DNA of 64,000 bases, from positions 2,524-66,523 of the forward strand of contig JAWBOH010000001.1 in assembly GCA_038826715.1 (NCBI GenBank), written 5' to 3'. The position numbers and the translations under genes are program-made. The DNA comes from Candidatus Bathyarchaeia archaeon (GTDB lineage Archaea; Thermoproteota; Bathyarchaeia; Bathyarchaeales; Bathycorpusculaceae). This document shows, piece by piece, positions 26,729 to 35,372 of this stretch (positions within the stretch are counted from its first letter, which is position 1; each line of letters opens with the position of its first letter). Under the pieces are notes generated by a model. That model had not been told where the DNA came from. It saw nothing but the letters and a program-made list of their open reading frames with translations, and made no database searches.

Positions 26729-27772
26729 ATGTTAAAAGCGAAAAATCTTAAAGCAAGATTACGCCTTTATCAACGGTCAGGTTTGAATATGATACAAAAT
26801 GAAGCCAGAACCGAGATAGTAGGCTACGATGATAAAGACAAATTTGGGCCATGCTTCATAGTCAAAACTTTAAAGGGGCACACCGTAAAGATTTCGGATA
26901 CTTTTGCTGAAATGTTTTCCATGTGGGCTGGAAGAGTTCTCATTACAGCTGACAGCGAAAAATGGGCTTCAACTGCTGCTGAGGTTGCAACAGGCTTTGC
27001 GACTAGCGTCATAATGGCTCCCGCAGAGGCTGGTTTGGAGCGTATAGTTTCAAAAGATGAAACCCCTGATGGAAGAGTTGGAGCTTTAATCCAAATCTAT
27101 AACCGAAGCAGGTTTGACTTAAAGAATCAGATGATACTCCGCATAGGACAGTGCATAATGACTTGCCCCACAACATCTGCTTTCGACGCTCTTCCAAACG
27201 CCAAAAGAAGACTGCTGGTGGGAAGAAGCCTACGCTACTTTGGCGACGGTTTCCAAAAAAAGAGCACGGTGGGAAAAAGAAAAGCTTGGAAAATACCAGT
27301 TATGGAAGGCGAATTCATCGTTGAAGATTCCTTCGGCGTTACAGAGGCTGTAGCTGGAGGAAACTTCCTTATACTGGCAAAGGATAGAAACGCAGGACTT
27401 CAAGCAGCAGAAGAAGCTGTAAATGCGATCAAGAATGGAGTAAACGAGGTTATAATGCCTTTTCCAGGCGGAATTTGCCGGTCAGGGTCAAAAGCAGGCT
27501 CATTAAAGTACAAGCTTAAAGCTTCAACAAACCACCCTTTCTGTCCAACGCTTAGAAAATTTGTGGCAGACTCACAGCTGCCAGACGAAGTTAACTCGGT
27601 TTATGAAATAGTGATTAACGGCTTAACATTGAATGCAGTTAAAAAAGCAATGGGACAAGGCATAAAAGCGGCGATAAACGTGCCAGGCGTCCTAAAAGTT
27701 TCCGCTGGCAATTACGGCGGAAAACTTGGACCCTACAAGGCGTTTCTAAAAGAAGTTTTGGAGCTATCCTAA
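26729..27772 (+). CDS. ftr: Formylmethanofuran--tetrahydromethanopterin N-formyltransferase
   Basis: The core from VKISDTFAEMFSMWAGRVLITA...ATGFATSVIMAPAEAG matches Ftr. It is 30-50 aa longer at the N-terminus than the Ftr proteins I recall. Alternative start at 26789. Confidence 0.85.
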   Translation: MLKAKNLKARLRLYQRSGLNMIQNEARTEIVGYDDKDKFGPCFIVKTLKGHTVKISDTFAEMFSMWAGRVLITADSEKWASTAAEVATGFATSVIMAPAEAGLERIVSKDETPDGRVGALIQIYNRSRFDLKNQMILRIGQCIMTCPTTSAFDALPNAKRRLLVGRSLRYFGDGFQKKSTVGKRKAWKIPVMEGEFIVEDSFGVTEAVAGGNFLILAKDRNAGLQAAEEAVNAIKNGVNEVIMPFPGGICRSGSKAGSLKYKLKASTNHPFCPTLRKFVADSQLPDEVNSVYEIVINGLTLNAVKKAMGQGIKAAINVPGVLKVSAGNYGGKLGPYKAFLKEVLELS

Positions 27773-27845
27773 CCTTTATTTAACCCGAATTCTTATCGGC
27801 TCTCAAGCCAAGAAGCTTTATAGTTTAGAAACTAAGTGAAAAAAT

Positions 27846-29111
27846 TTGAACGCTTCCAAAAAAAGGACGTCTCTTGAACTATTCAGACTTAAAAAGACGT
27901 TAAGCGTGCTGGCTAACAAAGAGGGCAGAGGGACAGAGCTTGTTTCACTTTACATTCCACCTGGAAAACAGATAAGCGAAGTCATGAACATGCTTAGAGA
28001 TGAGTACGGCACCGCTTCAAACATAAAATCTACAACAACCCGTAAAAACGTTCAAGACGCCATCGTCAAGGTTCAGCAACGCTTAAAACTTTTCAGAGAA
28101 ACTCCTGAAAACGGTCTTGTAATATTCTGCGGCGCAGTTCCACAGAATGGCGCTGGAAGCGAAAAAATTGAAACATATGTCATAATACCGCCAGAACCAA
28201 TAAACATATACCTTTACAGATGCGACTCACGCTTCCACACGGAGCACTTACAAGAACTACTGAGAGAAAAAGAGGCGTATGGCATACTTTTAATCGACGC
28301 GACAGCCGCAACCGTTGCAGTTCTCCAAGGTAGAATACTTGAGATAGTTAGGGAAGTAACATCAGGTGTTCCTGGGAAAACCCGGGCTGGTGGACAGTCT
28401 GCCAGAAGGTTTGAAAGACTTAGGGAAATGCGCCTTCAAGAATATTTTAGACGTGTAGGTGAACATGCCAACGAAATATTTCTTTCAATAGAAAACTTGA
28501 AAGGCATAATTATAGGCGGACCTGGCCCAACCAAGTATGACTTTGAAAAGGGTGACTATTTGAACTATCAGTTAAAAGAAAAGATTATTGACACAGTTGA
28601 CACCGCCTACGTGGATGAGCAGGGTGCAAAAGAAATCTTAGACAAAGCGCCAGAGATAATGAGGAAAATCCGCTATATAGAAGAACGCCAAATAATGCAG
28701 CAGTTCCTATACGAAATAGGCCACGACACGGAACTAGCCACTTATGGAGAAGAAACGGTGAGAAAAGCCCTAGAGGCAGGTGCCGTTAAAACGCTTCTAT
28801 TGTCAGAAGGCTTAGACGTTGCCCGTGTAAAATTGAAATGCAGCGCCTGCGGCTACGAAGAACAACAAACGGTTATAGGATCAATGCTTACAAGTTTTGA
28901 ACAAAGCCTACCTGGAAAAACATGCCCTAAATGCAAGACCGCTTCATTAAGCATAACTGAAAAGCAGGAGCTTATAGAAAACTTCGCCAAACTTGCCGAA
29001 TACACAAACACAGAAGTTGAAATGATATCAGATGAAACTGAAGAAGGGCAAATGTTAAAAAACTCTTTTGGCGGAATAGCTGCGCTCTTACGATTCAAAC
29101 TTCAAGAATAG
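27846..29111 (+). CDS. prf1: Peptide chain release factor aRF1
   Basis: 421 aa, TTG start. NIKS (TASNIKS) and GGQ (RAGGQSARRF) motifs. C-terminal domain carries a C-x2-C...C-x2-C insertion. Confidence 0.95.
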   Translation: MNASKKRTSLELFRLKKTLSVLANKEGRGTELVSLYIPPGKQISEVMNMLRDEYGTASNIKSTTTRKNVQDAIVKVQQRLKLFRETPENGLVIFCGAVPQNGAGSEKIETYVIIPPEPINIYLYRCDSRFHTEHLQELLREKEAYGILLIDATAATVAVLQGRILEIVREVTSGVPGKTRAGGQSARRFERLREMRLQEYFRRVGEHANEIFLSIENLKGIIIGGPGPTKYDFEKGDYLNYQLKEKIIDTVDTAYVDEQGAKEILDKAPEIMRKIRYIEERQIMQQFLYEIGHDTELATYGEETVRKALEAGAVKTLLLSEGLDVARVKLKCSACGYEEQQTVIGSMLTSFEQSLPGKTCPKCKTASLSITEKQELIENFAKLAEYTNTEVEMISDETEEGQMLKNSFGGIAALLRFKLQE

Positions 29112-29140
29112 CAGATTGCAAAGCGCCATAATACCCCCTT

Positions 29141-30031
29141 TTAAGGTTCCCAGCCTTTGTATATCCATCGATAAGTCCCGTTATCTCGCAAAGTCCATGC
29201 ATCGCATCCTACTTGCCCAAAAACCCATCCAGCCTGCACATCATCCAAATAATACCAGAACCAATACTTTCCTTCAGAAGGAGAAGGTGCAACACCATTA
29301 ATTGTTCTCACAAAGACATGCCCAGGCTCCATCGCTAAATAATAGTCATACTCAACTTCCGCCACCTCTATTGTTAAGTCAAAAAGAGTCATGCCAGGAC
29401 TTGCAGAAACATTGTACCATGTTCGAGTATTATTCCCATAGTCAATGCAAAGGTTCACTTTGATAAAGGTTACTTCACCTATGAAGCTCTCTAATTCTTT
29501 GGCGGCCAAAGCTGTTAAAAGCTTGCTAAACTCTTTGAGAAGTGAGTCAAACTCCTCACGTGTTATTACATCATCCCTTGCAGGTTCCTGAAGCCAGTGA
29601 TAGTGTCTCCCTAGGCCTCCAAGATAAGAAACGGCATGCGCTATTACCTTACGCTTCATAAGTTCCTGAAACTCGCCTAGCAAGTTAGTGTAAGCCTCTT
29701 GCAGATTTGGAAAAATGTTGAGCGTTGACGTATAATTGTCTCCTAAATTATACAACAATTTTCCATATTTGTCCATAAGCGGAAAATAATCTTCATCCAT
29801 AAACATGTAATATTCTCCAACCAAGGCGTTATAATCCCTTAGGAGCAAGTCCCGCTTTTCCAGCGATGCCTTATAATTTCCAACAATACTAGATAATAGT
29901 TGTTGCTTTTCACTTAACTCATTTTGGTGTCGAACCGCTTCAAGGCAATAGTATGCTGCGGAGCTTGTGGCAATTAATGCCCAAATCAATGTTGCCAAAA
30001 CAATGAAGGTAAGAGTTCTTTTTTCAACCAA
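29141..30031 (-). CDS. Membrane-anchored protein with C-terminal DUF4430-like (transcobalamin-like beta) domain
   Basis: N-terminal signal anchor (TLTFIVLATLIWALIATSSA), a helical middle of about 170 aa, then a C-terminus GHVFVRTINGV...GKYWFWYYLDD...WTLRDNGTYRWIY that resembles DUF4430. The ORF is open to 30061. TTG 30031 has SD AGGTGA (30037-30042) 5 nt upstream and overlaps the upstream TGA. Confidence 0.6.
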   Translation of the reverse strand: MVEKRTLTFIVLATLIWALIATSSAAYYCLEAVRHQNELSEKQQLLSSIVGNYKASLEKRDLLLRDYNALVGEYYMFMDEDYFPLMDKYGKLLYNLGDNYTSTLNIFPNLQEAYTNLLGEFQELMKRKVIAHAVSYLGGLGRHYHWLQEPARDDVITREEFDSLLKEFSKLLTALAAKELESFIGEVTFIKVNLCIDYGNNTRTWYNVSASPGMTLFDLTIEVAEVEYDYYLAMEPGHVFVRTINGVAPSPSEGKYWFWYYLDDVQAGWVFGQVGCDAWTLRDNGTYRWIYKGWEP

Positions 30032-30581
30032 TATTTTCACCTGCAAACATGTTTTTTGCAACCTTAACTATCGGAAGGAAGGCAACTCCAAACACGGCTG
30101 TGTTGGATAAAACATGAACTATGGTGAAGGGGGTGCCATAAGCTAGAGCAATAATTACAGCTAAGTCAAAAGGAATTCCCGTTATTACGTGAGAGGCTGC
30201 CACACCAAGATTTGTTATTAAATCGTATAGAGCTGTGAGAAAAGCTCCTAAAACAGCAATTTCAAAATAAAAATTTCCAGAGTAACATCTATACGGAATT
30301 TTTCTGTAGAACCCTCCTGCTAAACCTATCAATGCCATGCCAACCATTTGGAAAGGCATATTTAAACCGGCGAAACCCCAAGGAGAAAGAAAACCATTAA
30401 CAAACATCACGAAACCACCGAACAAAATTCCAACAGCTGAACCAAAAATGAAGCCCACAGAGAAGGTGAAAAACGAAGTGAACTCTACGTTTGGGGGTCT
30501 TGGTAACAATTGAATGGCTAAACATAGGGCTATCAGAATGCTCATGAAGGCGACTGTTGAAGTTTTTCTTGTGTGCTTCAT
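30024..30581 (-). CDS. Polytopic membrane protein, ECF-S-component-like; first gene of a two-gene operon
   Basis: 185 aa, about 6 TM, Gly-rich helices (FGSAVGILFGGFVMFVNGF). No soluble domain. Confidence 0.55.
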   Translation of the reverse strand: MKHTRKTSTVAFMSILIALCLAIQLLPRPPNVEFTSFFTFSVGFIFGSAVGILFGGFVMFVNGFLSPWGFAGLNMPFQMVGMALIGLAGGFYRKIPYRCYSGNFYFEIAVLGAFLTALYDLITNLGVAASHVITGIPFDLAVIIALAYGTPFTIVHVLSNTAVFGVAFLPIVKVAKNMFAGENIG

Positions 30582-30586
30582 TCTAC

Positions 30587-30607
30587 TTGGATGGATAATC
30601 CATCCAA
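30587..30607. promoter_or_regulatory. Perfect 21-nt palindrome TTGGATGGAT-A-ATCCATCCAA just upstream of the 30581 start
   Basis: Read directly. 10-nt arms with a 1-nt centre, 6-26 nt upstream of the ATG. The spacer is too short for an RNA hairpin loop, so a DNA operator is more likely. Confidence 0.4.
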
Positions 30608-30789
30608 CTTTAAAAACTTTTCGACGACAACTACATTTTCTACTTACGATTTTCTTTCATTCGTGACAACAACCATTCATTGTCAAAGTCATAGATAATG
30701 AAAAATTTTGGTTAGTTATTGATTATTGGAATTCTGGAATCTAAAAATTTTATTTCACAACTCACTATAACCATTTTGGTAATGTTCCG

Positions 30790-31587
30790 ATGCTTGTCGA
30801 TTACCATATTCACACATCTTTGTCGTCAGATGCTCAAGGTGAGGTTTTAGACTGCGTTAAAGTTGCCTGCAGTGAAAAGTTAGAGGAAATTGGCATTTCC
30901 GAACACTACATCCAAGAGAGGTTTCGAAATAAGTTATGCATTCCCATGGGCTATAAGAAAGTGTCAGAGTATTTTAGAAAAATGAAGACTTTTAAAAAGA
31001 AGAAGATGAGCCATGTTAAGCTTAAATTCGGCATTGAAGTAGACTTTATTCCAGGCTTCGAAAACGAAATTAAAGAAGAGTTGAAACGCATCCCTTTTGA
31101 TTACGTAATAGGTTCTGTGCACTTCATAAATAACTGGGGTTTTGACCACCCGAAGTATATCTCAGAATATCAAAAATGGGATATCCTAGAATTATATGAG
31201 GCTTACTTTAGCATTGTCCAAAATTGCGCAAAATCAGGGATCTTTGACATCATAGGACATCTTGATCTAATCAAAAAGTTTGGGTATAAACCAAAAGGAG
31301 ATATCAGTGAGTTGTATCTTGCAACCGCTAAAGCCTTAAAAGAAAGCCAGGTATGCGTTGAGGTTAACACTAGTGGACTGCGTCATCCGTGCCATGAAAT
31401 ATACCCAAATAAGCAATTGCTTAAAATGTGTTATGAAGAGGGTGTCCAGATAACACTGGGTTCCGACGCTCACATGCCAGAAGATGTTGGAAAAGATTTT
31501 AACAAAGCCTTGAATATGATTAAAGAAGTAGGATACGAGCAAATTGTAAAATTCACCAAAAGGAAGAGGCAACTGGCTACAATATGA
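30790..31587 (+). CDS. PHP-family histidinol phosphatase
   Basis: 265 aa. N-terminal DYHIHT..SDA, internal SEH, VHF, GHLD and a C-terminal GSDAH metal-ligand set typical of the HisJ/HisK PHP phosphatases. Confidence 0.75.
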   Translation: MLVDYHIHTSLSSDAQGEVLDCVKVACSEKLEEIGISEHYIQERFRNKLCIPMGYKKVSEYFRKMKTFKKKKMSHVKLKFGIEVDFIPGFENEIKEELKRIPFDYVIGSVHFINNWGFDHPKYISEYQKWDILELYEAYFSIVQNCAKSGIFDIIGHLDLIKKFGYKPKGDISELYLATAKALKESQVCVEVNTSGLRHPCHEIYPNKQLLKMCYEEGVQITLGSDAHMPEDVGKDFNKALNMIKEVGYEQIVKFTKRKRQLATI

Positions 31588-31678
31588 CCGGCGGATTATA
31601 ATGCTTTTGGTAAAACCTAAATATTTCAGCGCATCATGTAAGTGGATGAGTTGTATGTGAATTAGTAGCGGATGAACC

Positions 31679-32488
31679 ATGACGGAAATTGGTAAAAAAA
31701 TTAGAATTGACAGAATAATTAACCGAAACACTGGAAAAACAGTCATAATCCCGATGGATCACGGAATAACTCTTGGTCCTATTCAAGGAATACAGGATAT
31801 GAGAGACATTGTTAACAAGGTTGCTGAAGGCGGAGCCAACGCAGTCTTACTGCATAAAGGAATTATAAGAGCTGGATATAGAGGCTATGGTAAAGATATA
31901 GGGTTAATCGTGCACTTGTCTGCAAGCACAGCCTTAGGTCCAGATCCAGATAATAAAGTGCAAGTTGCAGACGTTGTTGAAGCCATTAAACTTGGCGCTG
32001 ACGCCGTTTCGGTTCATGTAAATGTCGGATCGAAAACAGAGCCTGAACAGCTGAAACTTCTAGGTAAAATAGCGAAAACATGCGGAGAATGGGGAATGCC
32101 CCTACTTGCAATGATGTATCCCAGAGGGGAGAAAATAAAAAATGAGTATGATGTGGAAGTCGTTAAACATGCTGCCCGCATAGGAGCAGAGCTCGGAGCA
32201 GACATGGTAAAAACAAACTTTACCGGAAGCGAAGAAACCTTCAGAGAGGTTGTTAAAGGCTGCCCTGTACCTGTTGTCATGGCCGGAGGCCCTAAAACCA
32301 AAACTGACGAGGAATTCTGCAAAATGGTTCACAGCTCAATACGTGCAGGAGGATCTGGAGTGGCTGCTGGAAGAAACGTTTTCCAACATGAAAATCCGAC
32401 TAGAATGGTTCAAGTGTTATGCGGCATTGTCCATGAAGGATTAGACGCCAAAAAAGCTATAGAGAAGTATATGAATAAAATGAAATAA
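31679..32488 (+). CDS. 2-amino-3,7-dideoxy-D-threo-hept-6-ulosonate synthase (AroA-prime) / DhnA-type class I aldolase
   Basis: 269 aa. Motifs [66 protein letters not shown]. Very close to the methanogen ADH synthase as I recall it. Confidence 0.75.
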   Translation: MTEIGKKIRIDRIINRNTGKTVIIPMDHGITLGPIQGIQDMRDIVNKVAEGGANAVLLHKGIIRAGYRGYGKDIGLIVHLSASTALGPDPDNKVQVADVVEAIKLGADAVSVHVNVGSKTEPEQLKLLGKIAKTCGEWGMPLLAMMYPRGEKIKNEYDVEVVKHAARIGAELGADMVKTNFTGSEETFREVVKGCPVPVVMAGGPKTKTDEEFCKMVHSSIRAGGSGVAAGRNVFQHENPTRMVQVLCGIVHEGLDAKKAIEKYMNKMK

Positions 32489-32639
32489 CCTCAACTCGTT
32501 AACCCATATAATATTTTGCTGGGATTAAGGCATTATAGGAGTATGTGGTTCGCAAATTTAGCTCTACCAGTTTTTATGGCATTTGTTTGTAACATAAAAC
32601 TTGACGTTTCTAACATTTCCATAAAAGGTTTTGGATTTG

Positions 32640-34109
32640 CTATGCCGACTGACAAAATTTTTCAATTAAATGAGCAAGATTTTTGTGAGCATTTAATATT
32701 TTGGCTTTCATTTCAGCTGTTTGTGTTTCCATTGAAGCAAGAACGCTTTTGCGAGTATTAAGCATCCTTTGAACCTCAGTGGGAGAAGGCCCTCCTTGAA
32801 CAGTGTGAGCTTCAATAAAGTTTGACGCCTTAAAAGACTTCTTAAGGTCGCCTTCGCTGATACTTAACGGTGAACCAGCAACCTTCTCGGCAACCTCTTT
32901 TAAAATTTCAGGCGTTGCATCTGCAGGAGTCAGTCCACGCTCTAACAAAAATCTAACCAGAGCCCCAACGATTTTGTGGGCTGTTCTGAATGGAATACCA
33001 TATTTTTGAAACAATATATTTACAAGTTCTGTTGATGTTGAAAAGGCTAGAATTGAATCCTTCACTTTTTTGGGTTTGCAAGAGGTTATTAACTTAGACA
33101 ACATGTCCAGCGACTCGTTTATTATAGCGAAGGACTCCCAAAGTTTCGGCGTAATTTCCTGGAAGTCCAAGTTGTAACCTGAAGGCAGGGACTTCAAGGT
33201 TAAAGCGCAAGTTGTAAAGTTGCCTATCACGTAACTCATCCGTGCGCGTATGACCTCAAGTACGTCAGGGTTCTTTTTTTGAGGCATTATGCTACTTGTT
33301 GAGCAGAAATCGTCTGGAAGCTCGATTAAGTCGAATTCCAAAGTGCTCCAGATTATTAGATCTTCAGCAAGGCGGCTTATATCAATAGCAATTATTGAGA
33401 GAGTTGCAAGTGCTTCTAAAATGAAATCTCGACTGCTGACGGCGTCTAAAGAGTTTTCCAGAACGTCAGCGAAGCCCAAAAGCTCCGCCATTCTCTTTCT
33501 ATTTATTGGGAAACTTGTTGTTGCTAACGCAGCAGCACCCATTGGGGACGCGTTAACCCTGCGGTAGCATGCAACCAGCCTCTGAAGATTTCTCTGAAAA
33601 ACATCAAAGTGGTACAGGAGATAATGCGCGAAAGTTATTGGTTGAGCAGGCCTGAGATGAGTGTAGCCGCATACGATTGTTTGTACATGCTTCTCTGCCT
33701 TCCTTAGAAGGTTTTTTTGGAAATTTAGCGAGACTTTCATCAAATTTATTATTTCTTCGCGCAGCTTCATCCTTATGGCTGCTGCAACTTGGTCGTTTCT
33801 GCTTTTTGCTACGTGCAAGTTGCCTCCAGCTTCTCCTTTAGCTCTTTTAGCGACTTCTTCTTCAACGTATATATGTATGTCTTCAAGCCACGGTTTGGCC
33901 TTAATCTTTGTTTTTAAATTTAAAGCCTTAAGAAGCTCAAGTCCTTGACTTTTTTCTATTATTCCCTGCTCAATCAACATTATTGTGTGAGCTTCATTTA
34001 TCTCGATGATGTACTTTAAAAGGGCTATGTCATACTTCATTGAAGAAATAAAACGTGTAACTTCTTTATTTGAAGATTTTATTCTGCCGCCCTTAAACAG
34101 CACACTCAC
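32640..34109 (-). CDS. argH: Argininosuccinate lyase
   Basis: 489 aa. Fumarate-lyase superfamily signature SSIMPQKKNPD, plus SRNDQV and YTHLRPAQP. Confidence 0.9.
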   Translation of the reverse strand: MSVLFKGGRIKSSNKEVTRFISSMKYDIALLKYIIEINEAHTIMLIEQGIIEKSQGLELLKALNLKTKIKAKPWLEDIHIYVEEEVAKRAKGEAGGNLHVAKSRNDQVAAAIRMKLREEIINLMKVSLNFQKNLLRKAEKHVQTIVCGYTHLRPAQPITFAHYLLYHFDVFQRNLQRLVACYRRVNASPMGAAALATTSFPINRKRMAELLGFADVLENSLDAVSSRDFILEALATLSIIAIDISRLAEDLIIWSTLEFDLIELPDDFCSTSSIMPQKKNPDVLEVIRARMSYVIGNFTTCALTLKSLPSGYNLDFQEITPKLWESFAIINESLDMLSKLITSCKPKKVKDSILAFSTSTELVNILFQKYGIPFRTAHKIVGALVRFLLERGLTPADATPEILKEVAEKVAGSPLSISEGDLKKSFKASNFIEAHTVQGGPSPTEVQRMLNTRKSVLASMETQTAEMKAKILNAHKNLAHLIEKFCQSA

Positions 34110-35328
34110 AATTTTTCCTCTCTTTGTTTTCCCGGTTCATTTTAAGCATGTTGAAAGTTTTTGACTGAAACCCCCAAAGTTCAACAAAACCTTTCGCTAA
34201 AGTCTGGTCAAACGTGGTTATCACATCGTAAGTTGCCAATTTTAATTCGTACATTGAATACGGCGATGAACGTCCAACTACCCGTAAGTTTCCTTTATAC
34301 AACTTCAAGTTGACTTTTCCGCTGACTCGCATCTGTGTTTTATCTATGAACGCTTCTAAATCATTTCTCAAAGGGTCAACCCATAAGCCTGCATAGGCCA
34401 GAAAAGTCCACTGAGTGTCCACATACTTTTTAAACTCTATTTCATGATTTGTTAAAACCATTTTCTCTAAGTCTTTGTGGGCTTCAAGTATTATTGCAGC
34501 AGCGGGACATTCGTATATTTCTCTGGATTTTATGCCGACAATTCTGTCCTCAATATGGTCTATGCGGCCTATCCCGTGCATTCCTCCAATTTGGTTCAAT
34601 TTTGCAATCAGTGAAACTGGATCCATTTCTTCATTGTTCAACGCGCGTGGAATACCGTTTTCAAACTCTATTGTGACGTATTCAGGCTTATCAGGACATT
34701 TTTCAGGAGGCAACGTCCATTCGAATATTTCTTCCGGCGGTTCATGTTCAGGGTCTTCAAGCACACCGCATTCAATTGAACGTCCCCATAGATTTTGATC
34801 TATGCTGTATGGATTCTCGACACTTGAGGGAATAGGGATATTCCTTTCTTTTGCAAATTCTATTTCCTTGTCTCTTGTCAACTGCCATTCTCTAACTGGG
34901 GCTATGATTTTGAGATTAGGTGCAAGCGACCTTACAGTCACGTCGAAACGAACTTGATCGTTTCCTTTACCACTGCACCCATGAGCAACTGCGGTGGCTT
35001 TTTCTTTTTTTGAAACTTCAACCAGCTTCTTAGCTATTAACGGACGTGAAAGGGCTGCGCTTAAAGGGTATTTATCTTCGTAAAGGGCGTTTGCTTTTAT
35101 AGCTGGGAAAACATATTCAGCAACAAATTCATACCTAGCATCTATTGAGTAATGCTTAATTGCGCCGAGCGTTAACGCTCGCTCCTCCACTCTTTTAAAA
35201 TCGACTCCCTGGCCGACATCTAGAGTTAACGTTATTACGTCTGCTTTATAGTATTCCTGTATCCATTTAACCATTATTGAAGTATCTAGTCCGCCTGAAT
35301 AGGCCAATACTACCTTTTCTTTTGACAT
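34093..35328 (-). CDS. argG: Argininosuccinate synthase
   Basis: AYSGGLDTS P-loop, plus GCSGKGNDQVRF and NLWGRS. The ORF is open to GTG 35349. That codon lies only ~9 nt from a TATA box, whereas ATG 35328 (MSKEKVVLAYSGG) lies ~30 nt from it. Confidence 0.9.
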   Translation of the reverse strand: MSKEKVVLAYSGGLDTSIMVKWIQEYYKADVITLTLDVGQGVDFKRVEERALTLGAIKHYSIDARYEFVAEYVFPAIKANALYEDKYPLSAALSRPLIAKKLVEVSKKEKATAVAHGCSGKGNDQVRFDVTVRSLAPNLKIIAPVREWQLTRDKEIEFAKERNIPIPSSVENPYSIDQNLWGRSIECGVLEDPEHEPPEEIFEWTLPPEKCPDKPEYVTIEFENGIPRALNNEEMDPVSLIAKLNQIGGMHGIGRIDHIEDRIVGIKSREIYECPAAAIILEAHKDLEKMVLTNHEIEFKKYVDTQWTFLAYAGLWVDPLRNDLEAFIDKTQMRVSGKVNLKLYKGNLRVVGRSSPYSMYELKLATYDVITTFDQTLAKGFVELWGFQSKTFNMLKMNRENKERKNCECAV

Positions 35329-35354
35329 AATTTCATATGAGATGAACACAACTT

Positions 35355-35372
35355 TTATATATTTTTTGGTCA
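35355..35372 (-). promoter_or_regulatory. argG core promoter: TGACC-AAAAAA-TATATAA
   Basis: Minus strand reads CTGACCAAAAAATATATAA. The 14 nt at 35359-35372 are identical to 41777-41790 upstream of lysW. TATA centre is ~30 nt from ATG 35328. Confidence 0.45.

Noticed and set aside
32516-32761. 81-aa plus-strand ORF at the 3' end of argH. Similar small ORFs occur at 619-825, 4725-4952, 4814-5107, 29116-29301 and 41677-41898.
   Set aside because: They overlap the ends of confidently assigned genes or AT-rich spacers. They have no motifs or start signals, and their composition is typical of random frames.
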